DNA of 64,000 nucleotides from Eledone cirrhosa (taxonomy: Eukaryota). Shown piece after piece: positions 1 through 18,153 of the stretch. The stretch lies in assembly GCA_964016885.1 (NCBI GenBank), contig OZ024746.1, positions 26,536,001 through 26,600,000 of the forward strand, in the 5' to 3' direction. Position numbers and translations under genes: made by a program. Position 1 is the first letter of the stretch. The number at the start of each line of letters is the position of its first letter. The notes beneath the pieces were generated by a model, which saw only the letters and a program-made list of their open reading frames with translations, was not told the DNA's origin and ran no database searches.

Positions 1-128
1 CAAAATTACAACAGTATTGTTGAGAATTGAAGCTGAAACACTTCTACATATTTATAACGATACACTTGTATCTGGGTGTCTAACTGACAGGGGTACCAAG
101 GAATATTATAGATTGAGCATTAGATATT

Positions 129-2530
<2,402 letters not shown>

Positions 2531-2589
2531 CCATAGTTTACTATTTGGATGAGAATAGATTTACTTTCAGTTGTAGAGACCGGCGTATC

Positions 2590-2597
2590 TATTTATA
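2590..2597 (-). promoter_or_regulatory. TATA box (TATAAATA) of gene copy 1; conserved in all copies
   Basis: About 60 nt upstream of the ATG, just downstream of a long polypurine/polypyrimidine tract. Confidence 0.6.
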
Positions 2598-2862
2598 ATC
2601 CCAATTTTAGTAGGAGAGATAAAAGTAGAGGGAGAGAAGGACGGGGTGAGAGGATGGTGAGAGAAAAAAGAGAAAGTTAAGTGAGAGAGAGAGGGGGAGA
2701 GGGAGAGGGGGAGGGAGGGAGTGAAAGTAATATGTAGGATGGAGGTCGTGTGAATGGAGGGAGAAGGAGAGAGTAGTTAAGTGTAACAATGAATAACTAC
2801 TTTTATCTTAATTTTAGGTCAAAAGTCTATTTTACTTTATTTCATTGATGGGAAACATTTAT

Positions 2863-2871
2863 TTCGTAGAA
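2863..2871. promoter_or_regulatory. STAT/GAS-like site TTCGTAGAA
   Basis: Fits TTC(N3)GAA, ~270 bp upstream of the TATA box, present in all copies; motif match only. Confidence 0.35.
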
Positions 2872-3593
2872 GTGTCATTTTAAACGTTTAGAATCACACA
2901 CAAACACAAATCTTGATTTTATATATATTATGTTTCTCTCAGTGCCAAAACTTCCAACAAAGATTTTGATGCTAAGAAGTAAATGCTATTTATGTTAAAA
3001 TATTTGTGTTTTTCATATTGTAATATTTTCAATTTCTTCTGATAAAGAAATTCGCGTTTAATTTATTGTGTATTGTTTTGTTTTTCTGTTTGTTTTATTG
3101 TTTTTTTTTCTTTTATTTTCGATATTCCATAACCTCCGCTGAGAAAATACCACAATTCTTGGGTTATTTCACACTTTTATTTTGAAACAAGACGGAAGTG
3201 TTACAATACATGTGACCTCCTACACAGCATCACACTGTCATAGTAATAGTAAAATATATGTCAGTTTCCATAAACGCTGAAACATAACTGAAAGTAAACA
3301 ATTATCATTTAGTAAATATAGAATATTAAAGAGGTTATATTTTATATTACGTGCATGTGGTTAAAATGTCTGAAGAATGAATCAATGGACAGATTTGACG
3401 GACAAAACCAACTGGCAGGGTACCCTGGGTGCAACCCGAGTAAGACGGTAGGGTAAAATACATGAGATCGGCTGGTCTAAATTGAGTATCCAGCCAGATC
3501 AAATATTGATTAAATAGATCATCAATAGTTTTGGAGGATTGGGGGTCATCCTTCTCTCTCCGTATTACATGAGTTATAATTTATAGGTCTGTT

Positions 3594-4049
3594 AATTTTC
3601 TCCAGTGTATAGGTGTGGTGATTTTCTCCAGTCTATAGGTGTGGTGATTTTCTCCAGTCTATATGTGTGGGGATTTTCTCCAGTCTATAGGTGTGGTGAT
3701 TTTCTCCAGTCTATAGGTGTGGTGATTTTCTCCAGTCTATAGGTGTGGTGATTTTCTCCAGTCTATAGGTGTGGTGATTTTCTCCAGTCTATAGGTGTGG
3801 TGATTTTCTCCTGTCTATAGGTGTGGTGATTTTCTCCAGTCTATAGGTGTGGTGATCTTCTCCAGTCTATAGGTGTGGTGGTGATTTTCTCCAGTCTATA
3901 GGTGTGGGGATTTTCTCCAGTCTCTAGGTGTCGGGGATTTTCTCCTGTCTATAGGTGTGGTGATTTTCTCCAGTCTATAGGTGTCGGGGATTTTCTCCTG
4001 TCTATAGGTATGGTGATTTTCTCCAGTCTATAGGTGTCGGGGATTTTCT
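3594..4049. repeat. 26-bp minisatellite (ctataggtgtggtgattttctccagt)n, ~17 copies
   Basis: Direct tandem repeats with no spacers; variants carry ggggattttc. Confidence 0.95.
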
Positions 4050-4504
4050 TCAAGATTTGTAAGTCTTATATTTAGTTTGACTTAGTACAATATTTCTATG
4101 AGTGAATTACTTGAGTGTCTGGTTGATGTGTTAATGTTACTACAATAGAAATAATTACCTATAGGAAAATAATAATAGTATGGCACAGTTCATTACTGGT
4201 ATCTTTGGATCAACACATCTATCAACAAATCTACCAACTAATCTATCAGATGTCACGATAAATCTCTGGTCAAAATATTTACCATTAATCACTTGTTTGT
4301 ACACTTCTCTTTTATTTTAAACCTATTCATCGTGTTGGAGTTCTTCAGGTTGGTTCCTTCCAATCCTTTGGAACACATAATAATTGATTGTGTACACCTG
4401 TCTTCAGAGAATCTTGCAACAATTTAGTAATCACAATTCAATATATATATATATATATAGTGACGAAACATAAGTCAATTGCATGAACTCATAATCCTTT
4501 ATTT

Positions 4505-4560
4505 ACTGCTATATATATTTCGATGATAGCCATTGAATGGCTATGACCTCATCGGGCAGT
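4505..4560 (-). ncRNA. Minimal type I hammerhead-like motif (U4C core variant) in a solo Penelope-type pLTR remnant
   Basis: Minus strand: ACUGC CCGAUGA GGUCAUAGCCAUUCAAUGGCUAUCAUC GAAA UAUAUA UA GCAGU. Also at 16799-16854, 33336-33391, 49979-50034 and 61733-61788. Confidence 0.6.
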
Positions 4561-5744
4561 TAGTCAGTTCTTAGATATGCCAGCTCTGTGTTTATAGTGT
4601 TGATGGTATCAGAGCCTTGGGACATATATATATATGGTAGGGGGGTGTAGGCATGATTCTCATGTTGAATACAGAAAATATTTATGCATCAGTCATGTAA
4701 TAAGAAATGATACTAATAATTACTCCTGACAGAAATCTAAGAGAAAACATTCAAGGAAAAAAGGTGTAGCTAATCAAAATGACTTCAGTACATCACAGGT
4801 GTTATTTTATTGATTTTCGATGATTTGAAATCAAACCTTAATGACATAACTAATTAACGTGAATCTAACATCTAACCTAATGATAATTGTTTATATTAAT
4901 ATCATTTTTTGCATAGACACAATAGCACAAAGCATAATCTATTATATCTATTTTGGTACAATATGCTATATTATCTATTATATCTATTTTGGTACAGTAT
5001 GCTATATTATGTTCTCGTCATTATTATTGTTTGTGTCATGGCTTCAGTTTATGGTTTCTATGGCTTTAGTTTATGTTTTTTTTCATCAGAATCCGGCATA
5101 TTTGGGGAGAAAACAGTGTCAACCAGGACACATTCAATAAGCCGGATGGAATAATGTGACTGATCATACAAACTGAGGTAATCCCGGCCACAACAGGAAA
5201 TACAGTCTGTCTATCCACATACATTTATACATATAAACTGATCTCCATTCCTTTTACTGTAACACAACTAATATGTGGCTGGGTACTAATGTTAAACATT
5301 ACTATTATTATTCGGATCCGGCTATCAGCTGAGTTTATCATAAAGACTGCCCCACCGCCCTTTTTAACCAGGAACGGTAGGCAGTTTTTATCTGCCTAGT
5401 GGCCATGGTGATAGAGATCATATGTTTTTAGGATTCACTTGAAAAGGAAAATCGGGGTGGAGAGGGAAGTGCTGATTTCCAGCCAGTTTATTGAAAGATG
5501 GGTGAGAGATGTAATAATGGCCCGTGTGAATGTGTCTGCCCTGAGCGTGTGCCTGTATTACTGAAGGAAGACAATGCTTGCCTTAACAGTCTGGGTGACC
5601 TTGGCTTATGTAGGCTTTCTCCACATGTAACCATTGGAGTCTCCTCGCCTTTGGGGATTTATGTTTGTTGTTTTAAATGTTTATTGCGTTAATATCTGTT
5701 ATAAATATTATTTTACGCAAAAAAATCTACAAGAAAGCATTTGG

Positions 5745-5845
5745 GAGTACCGGTAGAGCGTAGAGTTAAGTCCCTTTACATTCTGAGTTCAAATCCCGCC
5801 GCGGTTAACTTTGCCTTTCTTCCTTACGGGGTCGATAAAATAAAG
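5745..5845 (+). mobile_element. Fragment of octopus-type tRNA-derived SINE
   Basis: B-box gagttcaaatccc followed by actttgcctttcttccttacggggtcgataaaataaag; homologous to the full SINE at 45190. Also at 51222-51322 and 62978-63078; truncated in units 2 and 3. Confidence 0.8.
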
Positions 5846-6639
5846 CAGCAATTTAAACATTCATACCTGATATACATAAACAAAATATTATCTTGCTTCA
5901 CACCCACCCGCACACACATACACATATGTGTGTGTGTGTCTGTCTGTGTGTGTGTAAATAAACAACCAGGATTAAATTAAATCATTTAATATTTTACGAA
6001 TGATACATAAAAGAAAAGAATGAAACTAAATGTAGTTAAAATAGATGTTGATAAACGTAAAAGTTTGTGTTTACAAATGTTTAATTGTTCTTTTCAAGTG
6101 GCTTGGGAAATACACTATTGAGGCAATAATTTCTTCGTTATTTTGATAGATAGATTTCTTTATTTATTTATTTTGATAGTAACCGGATACTACTAATAAA
6201 CTTACATTAATATATTGCCATTTATACATAATCAATCATTAATTAATACACATTGTCTTCAATTAACAAAGTATTTATGACAAACTTATAAAAGATGCAA
6301 TATTTGAAAATATCGAATTGAAAATATGTAAAAATATAGCCCCGACATAAAATTTTATGAGGAACATCAAATTAAGCCCTGTACTTAATCAGCCATTAAA
6401 TTTATTCTTCTCAATATTTTACTAAACTTTTAGACACATTCAATTTTTTCCAAACATCAGTTGTTAAAATGTTACCCAAACACACATGGTACTGTTTCGA
6501 AAATTACTTTTGAATTATATTTGTATACACAGATAATTAAGACTTTACAAAATAAAGTGTTCAAAAACTATTTTTTTTTTACTTTCTCTCTCTCATACTC
6601 TCACTCTCGACAAAAACACACATTCATGCAGACACACAA

Positions 6640-6754
<115 letters not shown>

Positions 6755-6933
6755 AAGATCAAAAGATGGTTAAATGTGTTCCATGTATTTTATTATGCGC
6801 ATTTCAAAGACAAATATCATCATGCAATAACATTTGTGTTTTCATCAGATAAAATAGGGGGACATGATATGAAGGTTAAAAACACTTGTGGATAGTGCAG
6901 TTTTAATATTGTACTACAATAAAACTCACCTCC

Positions 6934-7032
<99 letters not shown>

Positions 7033-7067
7033 GCATTTACATATATATATTTATATATATATACATT

Positions 7068-7118
<51 letters not shown>

Positions 7119-7534
7119 TAAAACCCAGATAGACCATAACCCACCAGAGTACTTGATATTTGGGGTAGTAGAGTGGGTAACATGAAAAGATTCAGGACCC
7201 CGACGGCTGAACTCCGGCCGTTTCGACAGCTAGATCAAAACTAAAGCGCCAGTAGTCGTGATTAAGGAAGTGGTTTTTATACCGGCTCTCTCACATACCC
7301 ACATATCTCCAGGATTCGTTTCTTGATATTGATTCAATGAAGAGACATCAGATCGTAAATTATCGCTGGGTTGATGCATTTTTGATCCTGCGGTCATGAC
7401 TCCCATTATTTACAAGAACATCCAATTTACCAATTCATTTACTTCGGCACAGGTTGAAAGAGTTGTCCCTCCGGCCCACGAAACGTACGACTCTCGTATG
7501 GCGCCATTGTAGTAACAATAAATGTAGAAGAACA

Positions 7535-8072
7535 TTGTAGGAGAAATTTTCACAGTTGGGGAGGTGACATTCAGTGTTCTACAATCATGTAGTTGCTGCT
7601 AAATGAGAGTTTACAATATTCTTTGTTTATTTTTGTAGTAATTGGGAAATTCCTACACTATAACCATATCTATAGTCTAATGCTCTCCATAACTGACCAT
7701 CTCTTCATCAATTTAGCTATTATTTATCTTGAAATTCATTATGAAATCTGTCTATAAATTTATTTACACAGTGGCGTATGATTTCGCGAAGATTTAGTTC
7801 CTGCTTCTGTGTAGAAATCCCCAATATACCTAATTTAAATATTTATCACTGATCCAGAATGTAATTATTCTCTTAAAATATAATAAAATATTTCTGGTTT
7901 TAATTACTGATGAAGTTTAAATATTTCCTTGTTTAATTAATAGAATCTTTAAACCTTATTTTCTCCTCCAGATTGGCAATATACATTGGTTTTATACATC
8001 TCAACATGGATGACATTGATATATATTCTTTTATTTTCAGATATTCCAGTTATTTTCAAAAGTCCAAAACAA
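7535..8072 (+). pseudogene. Inverted, internally deleted paralog fragment of the cytokine-like gene
   Basis: Intron 1 part + exon 2 start (7972-8020) fused at a tgat microhomology to the intron 4 end + exon 5 start (8041-8072). Confidence 0.85.
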
Positions 8073-9049
8073 GTAATACCCTCAGCGCTCCCAATCCTAT
8101 TTCCAGAGAGACCTGCCTACACGCAAGTTGTAAATAATATATAACAAATAAAATAGTTAATTTTTATATAATAAAATAATGTAATATATTCTATGTATAA
8201 ATAAATATTATATATTTTATATTTTACTATATTGATATATAATATTGTTATACTTGGGGAGGGTCATATTTGTGTAATATTGCCAGAATTAATAATAGAA
8301 CACACTTACTGTTGGGTTGGTTTTTCGCTTTTCACTTCTGTGTCTTTTATATCGGTAATCTAATTTATTCGGTCCTCAATGTTGCCACTCACTGCCCAAC
8401 GGTCAAAAATAATACAGATACAATATAGACACAAACACATATATATAGTTTATCAAAGTTCTTTCGTTGTACATCTGCAACATCGTCAGTGGTGCTATTG
8501 TTTCCTCCCGTTACATTGTACTTTCTACGCCATCTTCATTTAGTCTGTTTATATATTTATTTATTTGTTTATTTTATTTTGACTTCTTTGCGCATGCGTT
8601 TGCGTGTGTGTATAGTGTTTTGTTTGATGTGTGTTCGTGATTGGGTGACTGTGTATTGGTTAATGTATTCTATCTTTACTAGTGTGTGTTTATATGTGTT
8701 TGTTGTTATTGTTGTCTATGTTACCGTCGTGTTGTCTGGCATGTTCGTATAGTACTGATCCGTTTTTTCGTCCTTTTAGTTCCCCCAGTGTTGGTCTATC
8801 CTTTCACCTGTGCTACAAGCTGTCTCGCCTATGTATGTTGCTGTCATGTTTCTGCAAGTACCCTCTGTACATCTTATGCTATAGACTACGTTTCTAGTTT
8901 TACAATTTATCCGTATAAATTTTATATTTTTTATTTTATATTTTATATTTTATATTTTATATTTTATATTTTATATACTATTATATCATTTCTATCGTCC
9001 CCTTAGGCTGAAGCACCCCAGGACCTTCTCAACGCTCCCGGGGTGGGGG

Positions 9050-10205
9050 CGTTAGCGTCCACTTTAAGAACCTTTGGTTTATGCGGTGGCATTTTTCCTC
9101 GGGTCAGTTCCCCATAAAATAACCGTTTAGGAAGCCCTTCATCTTCCATCCTGCTCAAGTCACCAGCCCAATGCATCTAGCTCATTATAATCCTTATCTC
9201 AATACTGGTGCTACCCGCTTTTCCGGTACAGCAGTATCAGATGTGTAAGAGGACCACTTGATGTTCAGTAAGCGTGGGATACAAGATAAATCACAATGAG
9301 TGGATTGATGATAATGATGTTGCAATCACCAAGCCTAGTGAAGAGAAAAATAACTTGTATTGAAGTGTCTTGTTGCAGATGGTCCAGTGATGATCACTTT
9401 TGAGAAGACCTTCAAAGAAACAAAGTCAAAACTGCCATATAAATTTCTAAGAATGAAGAATAAATTATGGTCTGAAGTTTCAGCCGAGATTCAGAAAGAT
9501 TATAACTGCAGAGAATTACAGCACAATAAGTTAAGCTTTTGGCTCAGCGCACTAAAACATGGCACCATTGAAGTAAAGAGATGGGAAAGCCCTCATCAAA
9601 GAGATGGACACAATGAAACTCTAGATTTTGATGGAATACCTGTTGAGCTGATCCGCTTTCGAGGTGACAATGTTGCTATGGCCATTCATAGACTAGTCTC
9701 ATCAGTTTGGCATTGTGAGCCTATCCCGCAAGGCTGGGTAGATGCAATTTTGCTCTTGATTTACAATGGCAAGAGCTCCAAGTTTAAATGCTGTGGATAT
9801 CGTAGTATAAGTCTGCTCGATTCGGAAGGGAATGTTGTATCCAAGGTCTTGTTGAATCGTCTAAATGGATCTGTCCTGGGGCCATCCCTGATAGCCAGGA
9901 ACTAGGCGGAGTACTGTGGACAGGATTTTTGCAGTCCATCAGCTTATGGAGTGCGTTGAGCAGCATGTGTCAGTGTACAAAGTATTTGTGAACTTTATCA
10001 AAGCCTTTGATACTGTTAATCGTAGTACATTGTGAATCATATTGGGGAAATTTGGATGACGTCACGAATTTGTTGGAATATGCAAAAAATTCCATCAAAA
10101 TATGAAAACAAAAGTGAACTTCAACGGGACACTTTCAGAGCCAATTTCAATGGCAAACGGTGTCTAGCAAGGTGGCATTCCTGCACCCACTCTGTTTACC
10201 ATCAA
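9050..10205. mobile_element. Decayed RTE/BovB-like LINE with internal inversion
   Basis: Plus 9280-10205: DGIPVEL..IPQGWVDA..YRSISLL..KVLLNRL..KAFDTVNR..QGGIPAPTLF. Minus 9277-9050: RLLNIKW..HWAGDLSRMEDEGLPKRLFYGEL. Repeated at ~25905-27057, ~42308-43460 and (deleted form) ~54728-55415. Confidence 0.8.
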
Positions 10206-11240
10206 TCACCATATCTTTCTTAATCGGGTGAAATATTCCCTGGTTACGCGTTCCTTGTCACCGATACCATCATAGGATATATTCTCATCTATCCCTAGGT
10301 ATCTGTAGCAGTTCTTGTCAGATATCGGTGAAACAATTAAGCTATTGATAAAAATGTTGCTAGATTGGCTTGTAGTTTTTCCCCGTTTTACAATCACATA
10401 TGAACATTTAGGATAAATTCCATTCCTATATCCTTTGAGAATGCCGTAACCAGGTCAAGATTTTTCTTCATCTCATTTATCTTTTTGGCATAGAGTTTCA
10501 GGTCATCCACAAAGAAATTATCGGTTAGTTTCCTATTTCTCTCCTCCTGGGAACCAATTATGTATCCTTCACATTTCTTGAGCAGAAAGGACAAGGGGTT
10601 TAATGACAGAATAAATAGTAACACAGAGAGAATATACTCCTGTGATATTATATTTCATCAGTGAAAATAGCATCCTTCTCCTCTGTTTTTAACTTTAGGA
10701 TAGTAGCCCAAGAAGAAGATAGGTTCTCTATGGCTCTGATAATAGTATCTGGGACTATCATCCAAGAGTGGGGAACAGAACTTTCCTGTAGTCCAGCCAG
10801 ACTGTAACCACATTCTTGCTAAGTTGTTGCATCTCTCATTCCAGCTGCTTGCTCATCTGTTATGATGTTATTATTGTCGCAGGGATTTTGGAGAAATAGG
10901 TTCAAGCAGGCTGCATACATTTTATACATTAGATTCTGGCATGCAACGTGTGGGTAGTTATTTTTTTAAATTCCAAATGGGTGTCTTTGGAAACCAATAT
11001 TGTTTGTGTTAATGTCAACACCCCTGGTATATGTGCATCTCCCAGGTGGGCTTTCTGGTAGAGGCTGATCATATACATCCGATAGAATGTCAGTTTTTTT
11101 TACAAGTAGCCAATAATCAAGTCTCTTCCTGCTGTTTTATTAGCTTGGGGGTTTCCTATCACAGTCTGAAGGGTATCATCATTTAATCTGTATGGATTTG
11201 TTGCAGTGTAGGGACAGTAGTTCTTTTATACTTATAGGTG
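10206..11240 (-). mobile_element. Decayed R4/Dong-like non-LTR retrotransposon RT fragment
   Basis: KTAGRDLIIGY..WLDYRK..FVDDLKLYAK..FSKDIGMEF..YRYLGI motifs across broken frames. Confidence 0.75.
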
Positions 11241-12200
11241 AAACTAGGACCAATACAACCGAATTAAGCTGAGGTAATGGTAATTCAAACAATTTAATTT
11301 TAATGATACTTCCAAAACTGGCTCCTTGTCTCATTAGAATTAAAACTGCTAGATCAGCAGTAGGAAATATTTTTATGCCGGTATACACACTTAGAAATTA
11401 ACTGACATTCAATGAAGCCACAATTTGAAAAACATATAGTCCCGCTAAAGTTCAAGCCTTTGGAAATATATAATTTCGAATGTAGTTGTTACTTTTCGTA
11501 ACAAACATAATAAATTGAACAGATTAACGTTCAATATAATGAAATCAGCAAGAACGTTCTGCTTCTTTCAGTTGGCAGTAAATATTATTTTGGAAAGTTC
11601 GATATAAATATCTCAACCCTGTGTCAGAGTTTTTTCATGTTTGCCAGACCATCACCAATATTGTTATAGCGAAGTTTATTGTGAAATAAACCTTCAATCA
11701 TATACTGTATATGATATACATTTCAAAGTATATTATATATATAATATGAATACATTACACATTATAATAAATTGTAAACAAACGAAAGTAAGGTTTAAAA
11801 AAGTCGAACGTAATATAAATTCAATATCTTTAATGTTTCAATAAAAAAAATATAAATATAAAAAGTTTATATAACAAATAATTATCTAAAATATAGATAT
11901 ATATTTTACAGTTCCAGTTTGGTGTTATCAATAATACCATTTCAGTAGGATTATAAATTTAAAGAAATGATACATAATATTACATAGGATATAAATGTAG
12001 AGTTCTCTGTTATATATCAAGCATTACAGAGAAATTAGATAAAATATTCATATTTCTTAGAAAATATATTTACAAAATTACAACAGTATTGTTGAGAATT
12101 GAAGCTGAAACACTTCTACATATTTATAACGATACACTTGTATCTGGGTGTCTAACTGACAGGGGTACCAAGGAATATTATAGATTGAGCATTAGATATT

Positions 12201-14734
<2,534 letters not shown>

Positions 14735-15800
14735 CCATAGTTTACTATTTGGATGAGAATAGATTTACTTTCAGTTGTAGAGACCGGCGTATCTATTTAT
14801 AATCCCAATTTTAGTAGGAGAGATAAAAGTAGAGGGAGAGAAGGACGGGGTGAGAGGATGGTGAGAGAAAAAAGAGAAAGTTAAGTGAGAGAGAGAGGGG
14901 GAGAGGGAGAGGGGGAGGGAGGGAGTGAAAGTAATATGTAGGATGGAGGACGTGTGAATGGAGGGAGAAGGAGAGAGTAGTTAAGTGTAACAATGAATAA
15001 CTACTTTTATCTTAATTTTAGGTCAAAAGTCTATTTTACTTTATTTCATTGATGGGAAACATTTATTTCGTAGAAGTGTCATTTTAAACGTTTAGAATCA
15101 CACACAAACACAAATCTTGGTTTTATATATATTATGTTTCTCTCAGTGCCAAAACTTCCAACAAAGATTTTGATGCTAAGAAGTAAATGCTATTTATGTT
15201 AAAATATTTGTGTTTTTCATATTGTAATATTTTCAATTTCTTCTGATAAAGAAATTCGCGTTTAATTTATTGTGTATTGTTTTGTTTGTCTGTTTGTTTT
15301 GTTGTTTTTTTTTCTTTTATTTTCGATATTCCATAACCTCCGCTGAGAAAATACCACAATTCTTGGGTTATTTCACACTTTCATTATGAAACATAAGACG
15401 GAAGTGTTACAATACATGTGACCTCCTACACAGCATCACACTGTCATAGTAATAGTAAAATATATGTCAGTTTCCATAAACGCTGAAACATAACTGAAAG
15501 TAAACAATTATCATTTAGTAAATATAGAATATTAAAGAGGTTATATTTTATATTACGTGCATGTGGTTAGAATGTCTGAAGAATGAATCAATGGACAGAT
15601 TTGACGGACAAAACCAACTGGCAGGGTATCCTGGGTGCAACCCGAGTAAGACGGTAGGGTAAAATACATGAGATCGGCTGGTCTAAATTGAGTATCCAGC
15701 CAGATCAAATATTGATTAAATAGATCATCAATAGTTTTGGAGGATTGGGGGTCATCCTTCTCTCTCCGTATTACATGAGTTATAATTTATAGGTCTGTTA

Positions 15801-16340
15801 ATTTTCTCCAGTGTATAGGTGTGGTGATTTTCTCCAGTCTATAGGTGTGGTGATTTTCTCCAGTCTCTAGGTGTCGGGGATTTTCTCCTGTCTATAGGTA
15901 TGGTGATTTTCTCCAGTCTATAGGTGTGGTGGTGATTTTCTCCAGTCTATAGGTGTGGGGATTTTCTCCAGTCTATAGGTGTGGTGGTGATCTTCTCCAG
16001 TCTATAGGTGTGGGGATTTTCTCCAGTCTATAGGTGTGGTGGTGATCTTCTCCAGTCTATAGGTGTGGGGATTTTCTCCAGTCTATAGGTGTGTTGATCT
16101 TCTCCAGTCTATAGGTGTGGTGATTTTCTCCAGTCTATAGGTGTGGGGATTTTCTCCAGTCTATAGGTGTGGTGATTTTCTCCAGTCTATAGGTGTGGTG
16201 GTGATTTTCTCCAGTCTATAGGTGTGGTGATTTTCTCCAGTCTCTAGGTGTGGTGATTTTCTCCTGTCTATAGGTGTGGTGATTTTCTCCTGTCTATAGG
16301 TATGGTGATTTTCTCCAGTCTATAGGTCTCGGGGATTTTA
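15801..16340. repeat. 26-bp minisatellite, ~20 copies
   Basis: Same unit as 3594-4049. Confidence 0.95.
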
Positions 16341-18121
16341 TTCAAGATTTGTAAGCCGTATATTTAGTTTGACTTAGTACAATATTTCTATGAGTGAACT
16401 ACTTGAGTGTCTGGTTGATGTGTTAATGTTACTACAATAGAAATAATTACCTATAGGAAAATAATAATAGTATGGCACAGTTCATTACTGGTATCTTTGG
16501 ATCAACACATCTATCAACAAATCTACCAACTAATCTATCAGATGTCACGATAAATCTCTGGTCAAAATATTTACCATTAATCACTTGTTTGTACACTTCT
16601 CTTTTATTTTAAACCTATTCATCGTGTTGGAGTTCTTCAGGTTGGTTCCTTCCAATCCTTTGGAACACATAATAATTGATTGTGTACACCTGTCTTCAGA
16701 GAATCTTGCAACAATTTAGTAATCACAATTCAATATATATATATATATATATAGTGACGAAACATAAGTCAATTGCATGAACTCATAATCCTTTATTTAC
16801 TGCTATATATATTTCGATGATAGCCATTGAATGGCTATGACCTCATCGGGCAGTTAGTCAGTTCTTAGATATGCCAGCTCTGTGTTTATAGTGTTGATGG
16901 TATCAGAGCCTTGGGACATATATATATATGGTAGGGGGGTGTAGGCATGATTCTCATGTTGAATACAGAAAATATGTATGCATCAGTCATGTAATAAGAA
17001 ATGATACTAATAATTACTCCTGACAGAAATCTAAGAGAAAACATTCAAGGAAAAAAGGTGTAGCTAATCAAAATGACTTCAGTACATCACAGGTGTTATT
17101 TTATTGATTTTCGATGATTTGAAATCAAACCTTAATGACATAACTAATTAACGTGAATCTAACATCTAACCTAATGATAATTGTTTATATTAATATCATT
17201 TTTTGCATAGACACAATAGCACAAAGCATAATCTATTATATCTATTTTGGTACAATATGCTATATTATCTATTATATCTATTTTGGTACAGTATGCTATA
17301 TTATGTTCTCGTCATTATTATTGTTTGTGTCATGGCTTCAGTTTATGGTTTCTATGGCTTTAGTTTATGGTTTTTTTCATCAGAATCCGGCATATTTGGG
17401 GACAAATCAGTGTCAACCAGGACACATTAATAAGCCGGATGGAATAACGTGACTGATCATACAAACTGAGGTAATCCCGGCCACAACAGGAAATACAGTC
17501 TGTCTATCCACATACATTTATACATATAAACTGATCTCCATTCCTTTTACTGTAACACAACTAATATGTGGCTGGGTACTAATGTTAAACATTACTATTA
17601 TTATTCGGATCCGGCTATCAGCTGAGTTTATCATAAAGACTGCCCCACCGCCCTTTTTAACCAGGAACGGTAGGCAGTTTTTATCTGCCTAATGGCCATG
17701 GTGATAGAGATCATATGTTTTTAGGATTCACTTGAAAAGGAAAATCGGGGTGGAGAGGGAAGTGTTGATTTCCAGCCAGTTTATTGAAAGATGGGTGAGA
17801 GATGTAATAATGGCCCGTGTGAATGTGTCTGCCCTGAGCGTGTGCCTGTAGTACTGAAGGAAGACAATGCTTGCCTTAACAGTCTGGGTGACCTTGGCTT
17901 ATGTAGGCTTTCTCCACATGTAACCATTGGAGTCTCCTCGCCTTTGGGGATTTATGTTTGTTGTTTTAAATGTTTATTGCTTTAATATCTGTTATAAATA
18001 TTATTTTACACAAAAAAATCTACAAGAAAGCATTTGGGAGTACCGGTAGAGCGTAGAGTTAAGTCCCTTTACATTCTGAGTTCAATAATAAGTATGTGTG
18101 TGTGCGGGTGGGTGTGTGTGT

Positions 18122-18153
<32 letters not shown>

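Noticed and set aside
3411-3500. Helitron-like terminus (hairpin followed by ccagt on the minus strand)
   Set aside because: Too degenerate and no other end identified.
3594-4049. CRISPR array
   Set aside because: Repeats are contiguous with no unique spacers, there are no cas genes, and the context is eukaryotic.
5498-5692. Cys-rich 64-aa ORF (MGERCNNGPCECVC...)
   Set aside because: No signal peptide or recognisable domain; conservation only reflects the recent duplication.
8489-9006. Overlapping hydrophobic membrane-like ORFs (also 4859-5154, 23716-24064)
   Set aside because: Produced by T-rich low-complexity DNA in several frames, with no splice or domain support.
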